Virus record (IMG/VR): IMGVR_UViG_3300029183_000018 | Coordinates: 1-36,092 of that record | Direction: 5' to 3' (one strand) | Length of the DNA stretch: 36,092 nt | DNA from: a virus | Taxonomy: Duplodnaviria; Caudoviricetes | Shown: positions 1 to 8,410 of the stretch, one piece after another | How the letters are laid out: the number at the start of each line of letters is the position of its first letter | Numbering within the stretch: the stretch's first letter is position 1 | Made by a program: the position numbers and the translations under genes | Notes under the pieces: model-generated | Seen by the model: the letters and a program-made list of their open reading frames with translations, nothing else | What the model was told of the DNA's origin: nothing | The model's database searches: none

Positions 1-17
1 GTTTCCCAGTCACGATC
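1..17 (+). other. Library artefact: random-amplification (SISPA round A/B) primer tag GTTTCCCAGTCACGATC
   Basis: Matches the widely used primer-A tag. Identity with the other contig end starts only at 23, inside the N9 part of such a primer. Confidence 0.85.
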
Positions 18-22
18 ACTCA

Positions 23-72
23 CCGTCCCATTCAAGCTCTTTGAGGATGCTGTCCTGCATGGCGTTAATGGT
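23..72. repeat. 50-bp terminal direct repeat, copy 1 (circularisation overlap)
   Basis: CCGTCCCATTCAAGCTCTTTGAGGATGCTGTCCTGCATGGCGTTAATGGT is identical at 36043-36092. Confidence 0.95.
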
Positions 73-396
73 TTTCATGAATCTGGCCAGGCCACTGGCC
101 TCCGTCCACTTACGTAAAACATCATCATGGATCTGGCCGGCCCCTACTTCATTCCACCTTGTCACAGCCTGATCCATTCCCGTAAGCATGAGCAGGGCAT
201 GAACCTTTCCGTTCAGTATGCTGGCCAGTTCCTCCTGGGCTCCCAGCCTCCTGCTGAGTGCCTCCAGGTTCCCCTGCTGGATATCGATATCCTCAGCCAC
301 ATTAGCTGCAAACTTTCGATGTTGGGTATAAGGCTCCAGCCAGTTGATCAGGAGCATGGCAAAAAACCTGGATATATTTTTGATAATCTTTTTCAT
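23..396 (-). CDS. 5' part of an origin-spanning hypothetical protein (~341 aa when joined to 36042-35391)
   Basis: ORF 16..417 ends MQDSILKELEWDG and ORF 35391..36080 begins with the same residues. Likely ATG at 396 (MKKIIK). Confidence 0.75.
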
Positions 397-398
397 GG

Positions 399-791
399 TT
401 AATTGTCTTTTCTCCACAGCTCCAGTGCAACATCCTCAGGAACTGTGATATTGTAGATAGGGCCGGCCTCAATAGTGAAGCACAGGCCAACGATTAAAAG
501 CCTCAGCTCACGATACTTGTATGGATCATCATACACCTTGAGAGCTTTCCCAATGGCCTGGGTGCTGCACTGCAGCTCTGTGGCCACTGTGCCCCTGCCC
601 AGTTTCTCACACACCAGGTGGCACAGGCTGAGGATATCGGTAATTTCGGCTTGAATTAATTCAGGCATTGAAACATCGGTTTGTAGGTGAGTAGAACATT
701 GTGCTGTACATGAAAGCAGGCCGGCTCTGAGGTCCACCATGCTCTGGCCGGCCTGCCCTGCTTTGATACGTAGGGTATCAAAATTCAGCAT
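399..791 (-). CDS. hypothetical protein
   Basis: 130-aa ORF packed in the - strand gene run; no recognisable motif. Confidence 0.6.
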   Translation of the reverse strand: MLNFDTLRIKAGQAGQSMVDLRAGLLSCTAQCSTHLQTDVSMPELIQAEITDILSLCHLVCEKLGRGTVATELQCSTQAIGKALKVYDDPYKYRELRLLIVGLCFTIEAGPIYNITVPEDVALELWRKDN

Positions 792-1311
792 CTGAATCCA
801 GCTCCATATGCAGGTTGAGCAGCTGCCTGTTATTGATCCAGTGCAGGCCCATGAGGTGCCTCATTCCTGGGATCATAGGGGCTGAGTGAAACCCTGATGA
901 ATCACTTTCTGCATAGGCTATTGACCCATTCTCAATATCCAGAATTTTAAGCAGAGCGCCCTCCAGGATCATAATCCCATCAGATGTGGCGTACTTGATG
1001 GCCAGCCTGTTGATGTCAGTGATCATGGCATTCACCCTGGCATCCATCCTGGGCACCTCAAGCTGGGCCAGTGGAGGATCAAACTCATGCAGCTGGCTCA
1101 TCGATGCATGAGCAGCTTTGGCCACCTGCTCTTTTTCATGGCCAAACTCCAGGCCATCCTCAAGATCATTGTGCTTGAGCTGGAACACCTGGGCCAGGCT
1201 CAGCAGCATGAGGATGGTGGCGGGGTTGCTGGTAGTAACTGTGAATCCCCAGCCATCAATCTCTGAGATCTCTGATACTTCGGATACGAGTTTTGGAACG
1301 TAGATAGTCAT
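778..1311 (-). CDS. hypothetical protein
   Basis: Long ORF overlapping the next gene. ATG at 1311 (MTIYVPK) follows an A-rich tract; start uncertain. Confidence 0.6.
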   Translation of the reverse strand: MTIYVPKLVSEVSEISEIDGWGFTVTTSNPATILMLLSLAQVFQLKHNDLEDGLEFGHEKEQVAKAAHASMSQLHEFDPPLAQLEVPRMDARVNAMITDINRLAIKYATSDGIMILEGALLKILDIENGSIAYAESDSSGFHSAPMIPGMRHLMGLHWINNRQLLNLHMELDSDAEF

Positions 1312-1336
1312 CTTCTTTTTCTTGGTTTTAGAAAGG

Positions 1337-1543
1337 TTAAAAAGGCCATGAGGCCCAGGAAGCAAATGAGGGCAAAAGTTGCCAGCTCAGTGGTGTACAT
1401 AGAGTGACGATTTTTTGAATATGCCTCAGGATGGCATGGGCCCTTTTGCAGTGCTGCCTGGCTCTTACCAGATCACCCTGCTGGGCTGCCACCTGGGCAA
1501 AGGTTAGAAATTCAGTGAACAGTTTTTCGAGTTGCGAGGTCAT
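1337..1543 (-). CDS. small hypothetical protein
   Basis: ATG preceded by a partial copy of the shared leader (CAGCATC-ATG). Confidence 0.55.
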   Translation of the reverse strand: MTSQLEKLFTEFLTFAQVAAQQGDLVRARQHCKRAHAILRHIQKIVTLCTPLSWQLLPSFASWASWPF

Positions 1544-1577
1544 GATGCTGAGGGTTTAGGTTCCCCCCAGTTATCGG

Positions 1578-2186
1578 CTAGTATCCCACCTCATTAAGCA
1601 TCCAGTGCTTTTTAATTTTCCCAGATGCCACACCCTGCCGATACTCTTTAAAAGTGCCAGGTGGATCCTCCTCCAGTTTGGCTCTCCATTCTGGATCGAT
1701 CCTGTAGCCGTGGCACCTGTTGCACACCAGGCTGGCATCACCCAGCATGTGGATCATCCTGCCTCTCCTGGTGTAGCCTTGCTTTGCGCCCCTGAAATGG
1801 CCCAGGCCCTCACATCTCTCACAGGGCATGTAAGGAGCAAGCACTTTGCCCACGTACATCATGGCCAGGTGTAGCTCCATTGCAGGGCTCAGGAGGGTGT
1901 TGTGGATATCCTGCAGGTGATCTCTCATGAGATGCTCTGGCATCGTAACCCTCAGCTCCTCCCTGTATCCCATCTCACCCATCCAGCTGATGATACCACT
2001 CCAGGTGATCTGGGTGGATGCATGGCCCTTGTGGCCGGCCAGCTGGAACTTGTGATCTGAAACCCTTTTGAGGAGGGGGATGATCTGAAACAGATACCAT
2101 TTAACCAGGAACTCAGGGGTACTCCACCTGGCCTGATCAGCCTGGCCCCGATCCTCAGGGCCTAGCTCTTTGTATTGGCTGTGCAT
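1578..2186 (-). CDS. hypothetical protein with a DnaJ-type zinc-finger motif pair
   Basis: CERCEGLG and CNRCHGYR motifs; ATG directly follows a full leader repeat. Confidence 0.7.
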   Translation of the reverse strand: MHSQYKELGPEDRGQADQARWSTPEFLVKWYLFQIIPLLKRVSDHKFQLAGHKGHASTQITWSGIISWMGEMGYREELRVTMPEHLMRDHLQDIHNTLLSPAMELHLAMMYVGKVLAPYMPCERCEGLGHFRGAKQGYTRRGRMIHMLGDASLVCNRCHGYRIDPEWRAKLEEDPPGTFKEYRQGVASGKIKKHWMLNEVGY

Positions 2187-2253
2187 GATGCTGTGGTTTT
2201 AAAGTGGTGAAACGTGTTGAGGTGTATATGCCTGGTAAACCCAGAGGTTTCAA
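2184..2253 (-). promoter_or_regulatory. Shared early-gene promoter/leader repeat, full copy
   Basis: Minus strand reads TTGAAACCTCTGGGTTTACCAGGCATATACACCTCAACACGTTTCACCACTTTAAAACCACAGCATC-ATG. Related copies at 3171-3203, 3417-3489, 35322-35390 and 1541-1550. Confidence 0.75.
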
Positions 2254-2501
2254 GGCACCTCCTCTTTTTTTGTAAAGTGTGTGAGCTGGTTCCCCATCTC
2301 CCAGAGCAGCTGCCTGAGCCTCATGGCCTTTTCTGGGGTGGGGTTGTAGTCAGGATCCAGTATGAGGTTGTACATCCAGTTCTGGATCTGCACCATTTTT
2401 GAGCAGCTCTTTGAACAGTAAACCTCTGGCCGGCCTCTCCTGCCTGTTTTGGCCATGAACACCTGGCCACAGTTCTCACATTCTTTGGCCTTATGTTGCA
2501 T
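2250..2501 (-). CDS. zinc-finger protein (CxxC...YCSxxC, treble-clef/CGNR-like)
   Basis: CENCGQVF...RGRPEVYCSKSC; ATG at 2501 overlaps the end of the upstream ORF. Confidence 0.65.
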   Translation of the reverse strand: MQHKAKECENCGQVFMAKTGRRGRPEVYCSKSCSKMVQIQNWMYNLILDPDYNPTPEKAMRLRQLLWEMGNQLTHFTKKEEVP

Positions 2502-2685
2502 CGTTCTGATCGATAAGTGCCCGCACATAGCCGTCCCTGAAAGCCGTGTGAGCAGATTGATAGTGCTTGAAGTAGGGGTTCTTTTTGATGGGCAGGCCCA
2601 GGCTGAATACCCATTTTCCCAGGGCATATGCCTGGGGGTGGGTTATTGGCAGGGCCTGCCTCTGCTTTGATGTGAGTGGCTTCAT
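2491..2685 (-). CDS. small protein with an Rmf/CrpP-like pattern
   Basis: 64 aa; AYALG...GLPIKKNPY...AFRDGY spacing resembles the ribosome-modulation-factor fold; ATGA coupling to the upstream gene. Confidence 0.5.
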   Translation of the reverse strand: MKPLTSKQRQALPITHPQAYALGKWVFSLGLPIKKNPYFKHYQSAHTAFRDGYVRALIDQNDAT

Positions 2686-3173
2686 CGGATATCAAAGCTT
2701 TTGAGCTGATCGGGCCGCACATGATCATCCATGTTCGGTTCTTCGTCCTGCATATAAATCATGAAAGCAGCTTTCCTCATGATGGGGTTGTTCATCTCAA
2801 TGTTGCTCTCATAGGCCCACGTCCAAAACTCTGGCCGATCATCGTAGGGAATCGCAGCCTCTGCCAGATTCATGATGAGGGCCATCTGGATCATGCCAAC
2901 TGTGATCTCCTCTCCCTCAACCCAATCCCTCCAGGCACCAGGTGCCCAAAGATCATAGTAATGCTGGAGGGGATTGGGGGCACACATCTGATGGGCCTGG
3001 TGCAGCCTGGTGAGTTCTTTCTGGAGATGAACCAGGGAGGTGCCACCAGTGAGATCCATGAGGGCATCATAGAAATCCACCTGCTCCCTCGCGTTGGCCA
3101 GGATGGCCAGGGCTTTGTGGTAGCGAGTGCGAAAAAAAGAAATGAGCGAGTGTACAAAATTTACGAGAATCAT
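2682..3173 (-). CDS. hypothetical protein
   Basis: 163-aa ORF whose ATG is preceded by a leader repeat copy. Confidence 0.7.
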   Translation of the reverse strand: MILVNFVHSLISFFRTRYHKALAILANAREQVDFYDALMDLTGGTSLVHLQKELTRLHQAHQMCAPNPLQHYYDLWAPGAWRDWVEGEEITVGMIQMALIMNLAEAAIPYDDRPEFWTWAYESNIEMNNPIMRKAAFMIYMQDEEPNMDDHVRPDQLKSFDIR

Positions 3174-3203
3174 AGTGCTGTGGTTTTAAGTGGTGAACGT
3201 GTT
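3171..3203 (-). promoter_or_regulatory. Shared leader repeat, copy without the upstream palindrome
   Basis: Minus strand reads AACACGTTCACCACTTAAAACCACAGCACT-ATG. Confidence 0.7.
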
Positions 3204-3224
3204 GGGCCAGGGGGCCGGCCCTTG

Positions 3225-3419
3225 TTAGTTGATGTACAGGGTGCCCTGGTGCATATCGAAACGATCCAGATCATCCTCATCCTCATACCTGGCCAGAACC
3301 TCCAGCACATCCTTTTTAACCACCTGGATGTAATGAGGATCATGATCTGAGTGCCATTGGCTGGCAGTCATACAAGGGGCTGAACTCCTGAGGTGCTTTC
3401 TGATCTGAGATACTTTCAT
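3225..3419 (-). CDS. small hypothetical protein (last gene before the divergent region)
   Basis: 64-aa ORF; ATG preceded by CCACAGCATC. Confidence 0.6.
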   Translation of the reverse strand: MKVSQIRKHLRSSAPCMTASQWHSDHDPHYIQVVKKDVLEVLARYEDEDDLDRFDMHQGTLYIN

Positions 3420-3547
3420 GATGCTGTGGCACTGTGGTGATTAATAACGTGTTTAATTAATATACCCCATGTAAACCCAGAGGTTTCAGGGTTTGCAAAC
3501 TTTTTTTTATTCATTGTGTACTTTATGGTGTTACGAAATTCAATCAG
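3417..3547. promoter_or_regulatory. AT-rich divergent control region with a leader repeat copy and the AAACC-N4-GGTTT palindrome
   Basis: Gene orientation switches here. Minus strand has CTGAAA-N19-TATATT and AACACGTT; palindrome at 3473-3486. Confidence 0.65.
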
Positions 3548-3760
3548 ATGATTCCACTCCCGATACCCTTCCTGATCCTTACAGCAATAGGAGGGGCCGG
3601 CCTGGGTGCTATCATCATCCTCACCTGGCATCAAGTAAGTGAGATGTGCCAGGATCTGATACCAGAGGCCAGGCTGTTTATCAGGGTGGCTCAGGGGGTG
3701 GTGATATTGGTGAGCCTGGGCATGGTGGTGGCAGGTATAGCAGGTATCATGTATGGCTAA
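3548..3760 (+). CDS. small two-TM membrane protein (possible holin)
   Basis: Two long hydrophobic stretches in 70 aa; stop overlaps the next gene. Confidence 0.55.
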   Translation: MIPLPIPFLILTAIGGAGLGAIIILTWHQVSEMCQDLIPEARLFIRVAQGVVILVSLGMVVAGIAGIMYG

Positions 3761-4325
3761 AAAACAGATCAGAAAAGGTGGGCCTCAGCTAGTTCTCAAG
3801 GATGCAAAAAGTAAGCAGATAGCTGATGCAGTAATCATGGCAGCATTCCAGGGAGATGAGGCTGCCATGCAGCACTTTGGCATCACCCAGAGAACCCTCA
3901 GCAGGTACAGAAAGCGAACGATGGAGGTGGGTGAATTGTCTACTTATGTCTCCTATAGGCTCCGGGAGCTGGAGGATACTGGGGCTCTGGATAAGGTTGA
4001 GGCAGCACTGAACAAGGGCCTTGAGTCGTTCACCAGGATCAGTGATGCCATCAACCCAGCACCCCCTGAGAAACTCATGGAGCTGGCTGAGAATGTGGCT
4101 GAGATTGTGAAGGATATCCGAAAAGAGAAACCCACCACAAAGCAGGCCGTGGCCAAACAGCAGAGGCAGGTGGACACGTTCGTTAATGCCATCGATCAGC
4201 TGGCCAGGGTGTACACCCCAGTGGGTGCTGGTGTGATCTCCGCATATGCTGAGCTATTTGATGTGGTGGCAAATTACGATCTAACCAGAAAGATGCTCCA
4301 TGAAAGGTTACAAGGGGTTAGCTAG
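3753..4325 (+). CDS. terS: putative terminase small subunit
   Basis: N-terminal HTH-like AAMQHFGITQRTLSRYRKR, helical body, immediately upstream of TerL. Confidence 0.55.
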   Translation: MAKKQIRKGGPQLVLKDAKSKQIADAVIMAAFQGDEAAMQHFGITQRTLSRYRKRTMEVGELSTYVSYRLRELEDTGALDKVEAALNKGLESFTRISDAINPAPPEKLMELAENVAEIVKDIRKEKPTTKQAVAKQQRQVDTFVNAIDQLARVYTPVGAGVISAYAELFDVVANYDLTRKMLHERLQGVS

Positions 4326-5658
4326 AATTGATCAGGCCACCAGGTGGCTGGATCGATGGCTGCCCCAGGTGGAGGATGATTACAAGCAGCTGGTGCAACC
4401 TGTGGCGTTTAAGAGAGCTGTGCTGTATCCAAAGCAGGCAGCTGTGGTGGATGATCCTGCCAGGTTCACCATCACTGAGGGCACCACAAAATCTGGGAAA
4501 ACCATGAGCCACCTGGAGTGGCAGCTGGATGAGGCTGCCAAGATCGGGTATGGTAATCACTGGTGGATTGCCACGGTTTACAAAACCAGTGAGATGGCCT
4601 ATGATCGGGCAAAGAAAAGGCTCAAGGGCTATGTGATGAAAAAGGGGGTATATCAGAAAGTACATGATGCAGTGCCTCCTCACCTCTACAAAACAAACGA
4701 TACCAGCAGGATCATCCAGCTGGGTGGGGCCAGAATATGGTATCTATCAGCTGATCGGCCTGATAACCTTTTCGGTGAAGATGTGATAACTGCTGTGGGT
4801 GATGAGATCACCAGGTGGAGAGAGGCAGCATACACAGCAGTATACACCACCCTCACTGCTACTGGGGGCCGATTCAAAATGATTGGCAATGTAAAGGGCC
4901 GGCATAACTATGCATATGCCCTGGCCAGGAGGGCAGAGAGTGGCCATCCAGGATGGGCCTATCATAAGCTCACGGCCTGGGATGCAGTGGATGGTGGAGT
5001 GGTAGACAAGGAAACCATTGAGGGAGCTAGGAGGGATCTGCCTGAGGCAGTGTTTAAAGAGCTGTACCTGGCTGAGGCTGCAGATGATGGCTCTAATCCG
5101 TTTGGCATTGAGAAGATTGAGCAGGCATTTGAGGCCCAGGGTGGCCAGCCAGCTGATGGGCCTGTGGTGGCCTATGGTGTGGATCTGGGAGAGCATCATG
5201 ATTTCACCTGGGTTATTGGGCTCAATGAGGCCGGCCAGATGGTGGAGTGGCACAGATTCCAGCAGATAGGATGGGATGAGCAGATCCAGAGGGTGCAGAA
5301 AATCGTGGGCAGAAAAAGGGCCATGATTGATGCCACTGGTGTGGGTGATCCAGTTTTCCAGATGATAGCAAAGAAGTGCAGGAGGGCAGAGGCTTTCAAG
5401 TACACAGGAGGGCCGTATGGATCGAAACAGGATATCATGAGGAGGCTGGCCAGCGATTTTCACCAGGGTGGTATCACCTGCTTTGGAGATGAGCTGAGGA
5501 GTGAGCTGATGATATTTGAATATGAGTACACCAGGAGTGGCACCATATACTCAGCTCCAGCTGGATACTTTGATGATGGTGTGAATGCCCTGGCCCTGGC
5601 TAACCACTGCCTGGCCACTGTGCCAGATTCTCAGCCAGGTTATCGTGGATTATCGTAA
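4300..5658 (+). CDS. terL: terminase large subunit
   Basis: Q motif LYPKQ, Walker A GTTKSGKT, Walker B AVGDE, nuclease motifs GVDLG, IDATGVG and DDGVNALALA. Exact start uncertain. Confidence 0.92.
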   Translation: MKGYKGLARIDQATRWLDRWLPQVEDDYKQLVQPVAFKRAVLYPKQAAVVDDPARFTITEGTTKSGKTMSHLEWQLDEAAKIGYGNHWWIATVYKTSEMAYDRAKKRLKGYVMKKGVYQKVHDAVPPHLYKTNDTSRIIQLGGARIWYLSADRPDNLFGEDVITAVGDEITRWREAAYTAVYTTLTATGGRFKMIGNVKGRHNYAYALARRAESGHPGWAYHKLTAWDAVDGGVVDKETIEGARRDLPEAVFKELYLAEAADDGSNPFGIEKIEQAFEAQGGQPADGPVVAYGVDLGEHHDFTWVIGLNEAGQMVEWHRFQQIGWDEQIQRVQKIVGRKRAMIDATGVGDPVFQMIAKKCRRAEAFKYTGGPYGSKQDIMRRLASDFHQGGITCFGDELRSELMIFEYEYTRSGTIYSAPAGYFDDGVNALALANHCLATVPDSQPGYRGLS

Positions 5659-5694
5659 CTTTAAAACAGTGATCAGGAACAAAAGAGGTATATT

Positions 5695-5889
5695 ATGCCA
5701 AAACCCAAACATGGAGGAAAGTGGAATAGAACCAGGCAGGCATGGGAGTTCACTTGTGAGAGATGCGGTTTCAAGTTCTGGAAAAAGATAGTGAGGAGGC
5801 CACCCAGGTATTGCCAGAGTGCATGCAGGCAGGGTGGTTATAGATCCAGGAATGGTGGCACCCAGGTGGGCCCAACACTTTTAAAATGA
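5695..5889 (+). CDS. small zinc-finger protein
   Basis: CERCG...RRPPRYCQSACRQGGYR. Confidence 0.6.
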   Translation: MPKPKHGGKWNRTRQAWEFTCERCGFKFWKKIVRRPPRYCQSACRQGGYRSRNGGTQVGPTLLK

Positions 5890-5898
5890 GATTCAGTT

Positions 5899-6201
5899 AT
5901 GCCTACAGTAGATATTCAGTCATTCATTGAGCTTGTAAGCAAGGATGTTCAAATGGAGCTTGTAACCAGGCTCATGGGCTCACGGCCAACCACCCCACTA
6001 CAGGGCATGGATATTGGGGCACCTGATGGGGATCGTTCGGAAACGTTCGAGTTTAGGCCGTTTGGCTACCCAGGATCAGGGGCACCTGAGCATGTTTGGT
6101 GTAGATGCACCAGCCCATATGAGGAGATGCTGAGGCCCTGGCAAACAAAGCCACCAGGTGATGATCTTCCTGGTGAACTCGCTGATTTTGAAATAATTTA
6201 A
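5899..6201 (+). CDS. hypothetical protein
   Basis: 100-aa ORF packed in the operon. Confidence 0.55.
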   Translation: MPTVDIQSFIELVSKDVQMELVTRLMGSRPTTPLQGMDIGAPDGDRSETFEFRPFGYPGSGAPEHVWCRCTSPYEEMLRPWQTKPPGDDLPGELADFEII

Positions 6202-6210
6202 ACTGGATCC

Positions 6211-6438
6211 ATGAATGAGTATGCCATTGTTCTTTTCGAGTGGTTAGCAGAAAACCCAGATCATCCTTTCCTGGATGCCCTGGTTCTGGCTGAGGAGGCC
6301 GGCCAGTTTGAAAAAGTTTGCCTCAGGATCATCCAAAAGATGAGAGTTATGGATGAGCATATTTTACTACACGGCACAGATCACACCTGCACAGATGCAT
6401 GTTTTCTGGAGCTAGAACTGGAGGAATCAAATGGGTAA
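6211..6438 (+). CDS. hypothetical protein
   Basis: 75-aa acidic ORF overlapping the methyltransferase start. Confidence 0.55.
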   Translation: MNEYAIVLFEWLAENPDHPFLDALVLAEEAGQFEKVCLRIIQKMRVMDEHILLHGTDHTCTDACFLELELEESNG

Positions 6439-7036
6439 AGAGCAGCCCCAGAGCTACTATGATCAGGTGTACAAGGCCAGCCCCATTAAGAGCTGGAGGG
6501 ATTACAAGGCCCCCAGGAAAAGGCTATTCAGGGCAGCTGCTGAGATGATTGGCAAAAGCCCACTCATGATGGATCTGGGATGTGGCCCTGGCCTGTTTGC
6601 CCAGTTCTTAGATGAGGAGTTTCATGATAATGTGGAGCTGTATAATGGGTTTGATTTCTCCAGGTATGCCCTGAGGCATGCCAGAAACCTCCTCCTGGGA
6701 GATAATAGGTTTCAGTTCCACCTGGCCAACCTGATGCAGATGGAGTATAGTGACGAGGTGATAATGCCACCTGGCGCAGTATTCATCATCATGGAAACTC
6801 TGGAGCATCTAGAGGATGATATGCATGTGCTCAGCCTGGTGCCAGATGGCAGCACTGTGGTGGTGAGTGTGCCCAGCTTTGATGATCCTGGCCATGTGCG
6901 TATCTTTCCCACCTGGGAGCATGTGAGTGCCAGGTATTCTGAGCATCTGGAAATATCGGAACACCAACAGGTGTGTAAATGGTTTTTATTTAAAGGGATA
7001 AAGAAAGCTCATGAAGACGAAACAAAGAAAATTTAG
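6431..7036 (+). CDS. class I SAM-dependent methyltransferase (small-molecule/glycan type)
   Basis: Motif I MDLGCGPG, GFDFS, ETLEHLEDD, VVSVPS; GGAGG upstream; no DPPY/NPPY or PC motif of DNA methyltransferases. Confidence 0.88.
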   Translation: MGKEQPQSYYDQVYKASPIKSWRDYKAPRKRLFRAAAEMIGKSPLMMDLGCGPGLFAQFLDEEFHDNVELYNGFDFSRYALRHARNLLLGDNRFQFHLANLMQMEYSDEVIMPPGAVFIIMETLEHLEDDMHVLSLVPDGSTVVVSVPSFDDPGHVRIFPTWEHVSARYSEHLEISEHQQVCKWFLFKGIKKAHEDETKKI

Positions 7037-8378
7037 GCCATTGGCCAAAGTGGCCATGTGGTATGGGGCCGTTAAATCGTTTATGGCCTGGAGTGTATCG
7101 GCTGCCAGTACGTACTTTATCGGGCTTTCAGCAAACTGGAGTAAGCCAACGTACTCCACCCTGGTTAAAAAATCTGTCAGGAACCCATATGCATCCAGGG
7201 CCCTGGCACTCATATCCACATCCATTGCATCAGTGGCCAAAGATCTCAAGGTGATGGAGCCAGGCCCGGAGGGCAAGCCTGTGGAGGTTCCCAATCATCC
7301 ACTCATAGAGCTGCTCAAGAATCCCAGGAATAATGGCAGCATATCCAACCTCTTTGAGATCATGGTGCTGCACCTGTTTTATGCCGGCGAAATATTCATG
7401 TGGAATCTGGGAATCATGGGCAGCTTTAAGCCCACCAGCATCCAGCTTATACGGCCTGATCGGGTGAGCCAGGTGGATAGGGATGAGAACACCCTGCAGA
7501 TCACTCAGCTCAAGGGAACGAACATGAGAGGGGCCGGCATGAAATGGCCCATCAGTGAGGTGCTCTTTATCAAAAAATGGGACCCCCTTAACGATGATCG
7601 TGGGCTGCCTCTGCTGATCTCAGTTCTGCAGGCAATGGATCTTTTTGATGATCAGATGGAGTGGGCAAAGAGTGTGAGCCAGCATAAGGGCAGGATACCT
7701 GGCTGGTTCAAAACAGAGGATACCCTGGAGAAAGAGCAATACAAAAAACTGAAAAAGCAGATCCAGGATGCCTATGCCAGGGATTCAACAAAGAGTAAGC
7801 CAGGGCTGCTGGAGGGTGGCCTGGATTTCAAAGAGGCCGGCATGAGCCCAAAGGATGCCAGCCTGGATGCCACGCTGTTGCAGGTGATGAGGATGATCAG
7901 TGTGGGCATGGGTGTGGATCCTGCCCTGCTGGGTGATAACGCAAATAAAACATATTCAAATTATGTGGAGGCTGTAAAGGCCCTCATTAAGCTCACCAGT
8001 CTGCCCCTGCTGGATTGGATCCTGGATTGGATTAATGCATGGTATATGCCTCAATATGGCACCCCTAAGATGAGCCTGGGTTATGATGAGTCAGATATAA
8101 AGGCTCTGCAGGAGGATGCCAACGATAAGGTTAAGCGGCTAGTGAGCATGATCCAGGCACCCCTTATCTCTCCAGATGAGGGCCGTGAGGCTCTGGGTAG
8201 GAAAGCCCTGGGTGGCATGGCAGCTGAGCTGCTGGCCAAAGTGGGCACCATCCCCCTCAACGATATTGGGGTGGGCACTGTGCCCCTAAGTGATGAGGAT
8301 GAGGCTGCAGCTGCAGCCCTGGAGGAGGAGATTAAGCAGCTGCTGGATCTGCCCATGCCAACAAACGGGAAACATTAA
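7011..8378 (+). CDS. portal protein, HK97 family
   Basis: HPLIELLKNP, LIRPDRV, RGLPLL, LLEGGLDF, GVDPALLG...TYSN, ISPDEGREALG. Confidence 0.92.
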   Translation: MKTKQRKFRPLAKVAMWYGAVKSFMAWSVSAASTYFIGLSANWSKPTYSTLVKKSVRNPYASRALALISTSIASVAKDLKVMEPGPEGKPVEVPNHPLIELLKNPRNNGSISNLFEIMVLHLFYAGEIFMWNLGIMGSFKPTSIQLIRPDRVSQVDRDENTLQITQLKGTNMRGAGMKWPISEVLFIKKWDPLNDDRGLPLLISVLQAMDLFDDQMEWAKSVSQHKGRIPGWFKTEDTLEKEQYKKLKKQIQDAYARDSTKSKPGLLEGGLDFKEAGMSPKDASLDATLLQVMRMISVGMGVDPALLGDNANKTYSNYVEAVKALIKLTSLPLLDWILDWINAWYMPQYGTPKMSLGYDESDIKALQEDANDKVKRLVSMIQAPLISPDEGREALGRKALGGMAAELLAKVGTIPLNDIGVGTVPLSDEDEAAAAALEEEIKQLLDLPMPTNGKH

Positions 8379-8410
8379 CCTGGCCACATTGGCCACATCA
8401 GTGATCAGTT

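Noticed and set aside
23-72. Terminal repeat as a biological DTR or att site
   Set aside because: It lies mid-gene next to a primer remnant and is best explained as assembly overlap.
2676-3350. 224-aa + strand ORF and other long antisense ORFs (e.g. 4747-5463, 11520-12092, 20440-21129, 22976-23599, 28434-29018)
   Set aside because: They shadow well-supported genes on the opposite strand, have no motifs, and are expected from the codon bias.
1541-3489. Leader repeats as a CRISPR array or integron attC sites
   Set aside because: Spacing is gene-sized and irregular, copies are degenerate, and no cas or integrase gene is present.
6431-7036. Methyltransferase as a DNA methylase explaining the k-mer bias
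   Set aside because: It lacks DPPY/NPPY and PC/ENV motifs and has the short class I small-molecule layout.
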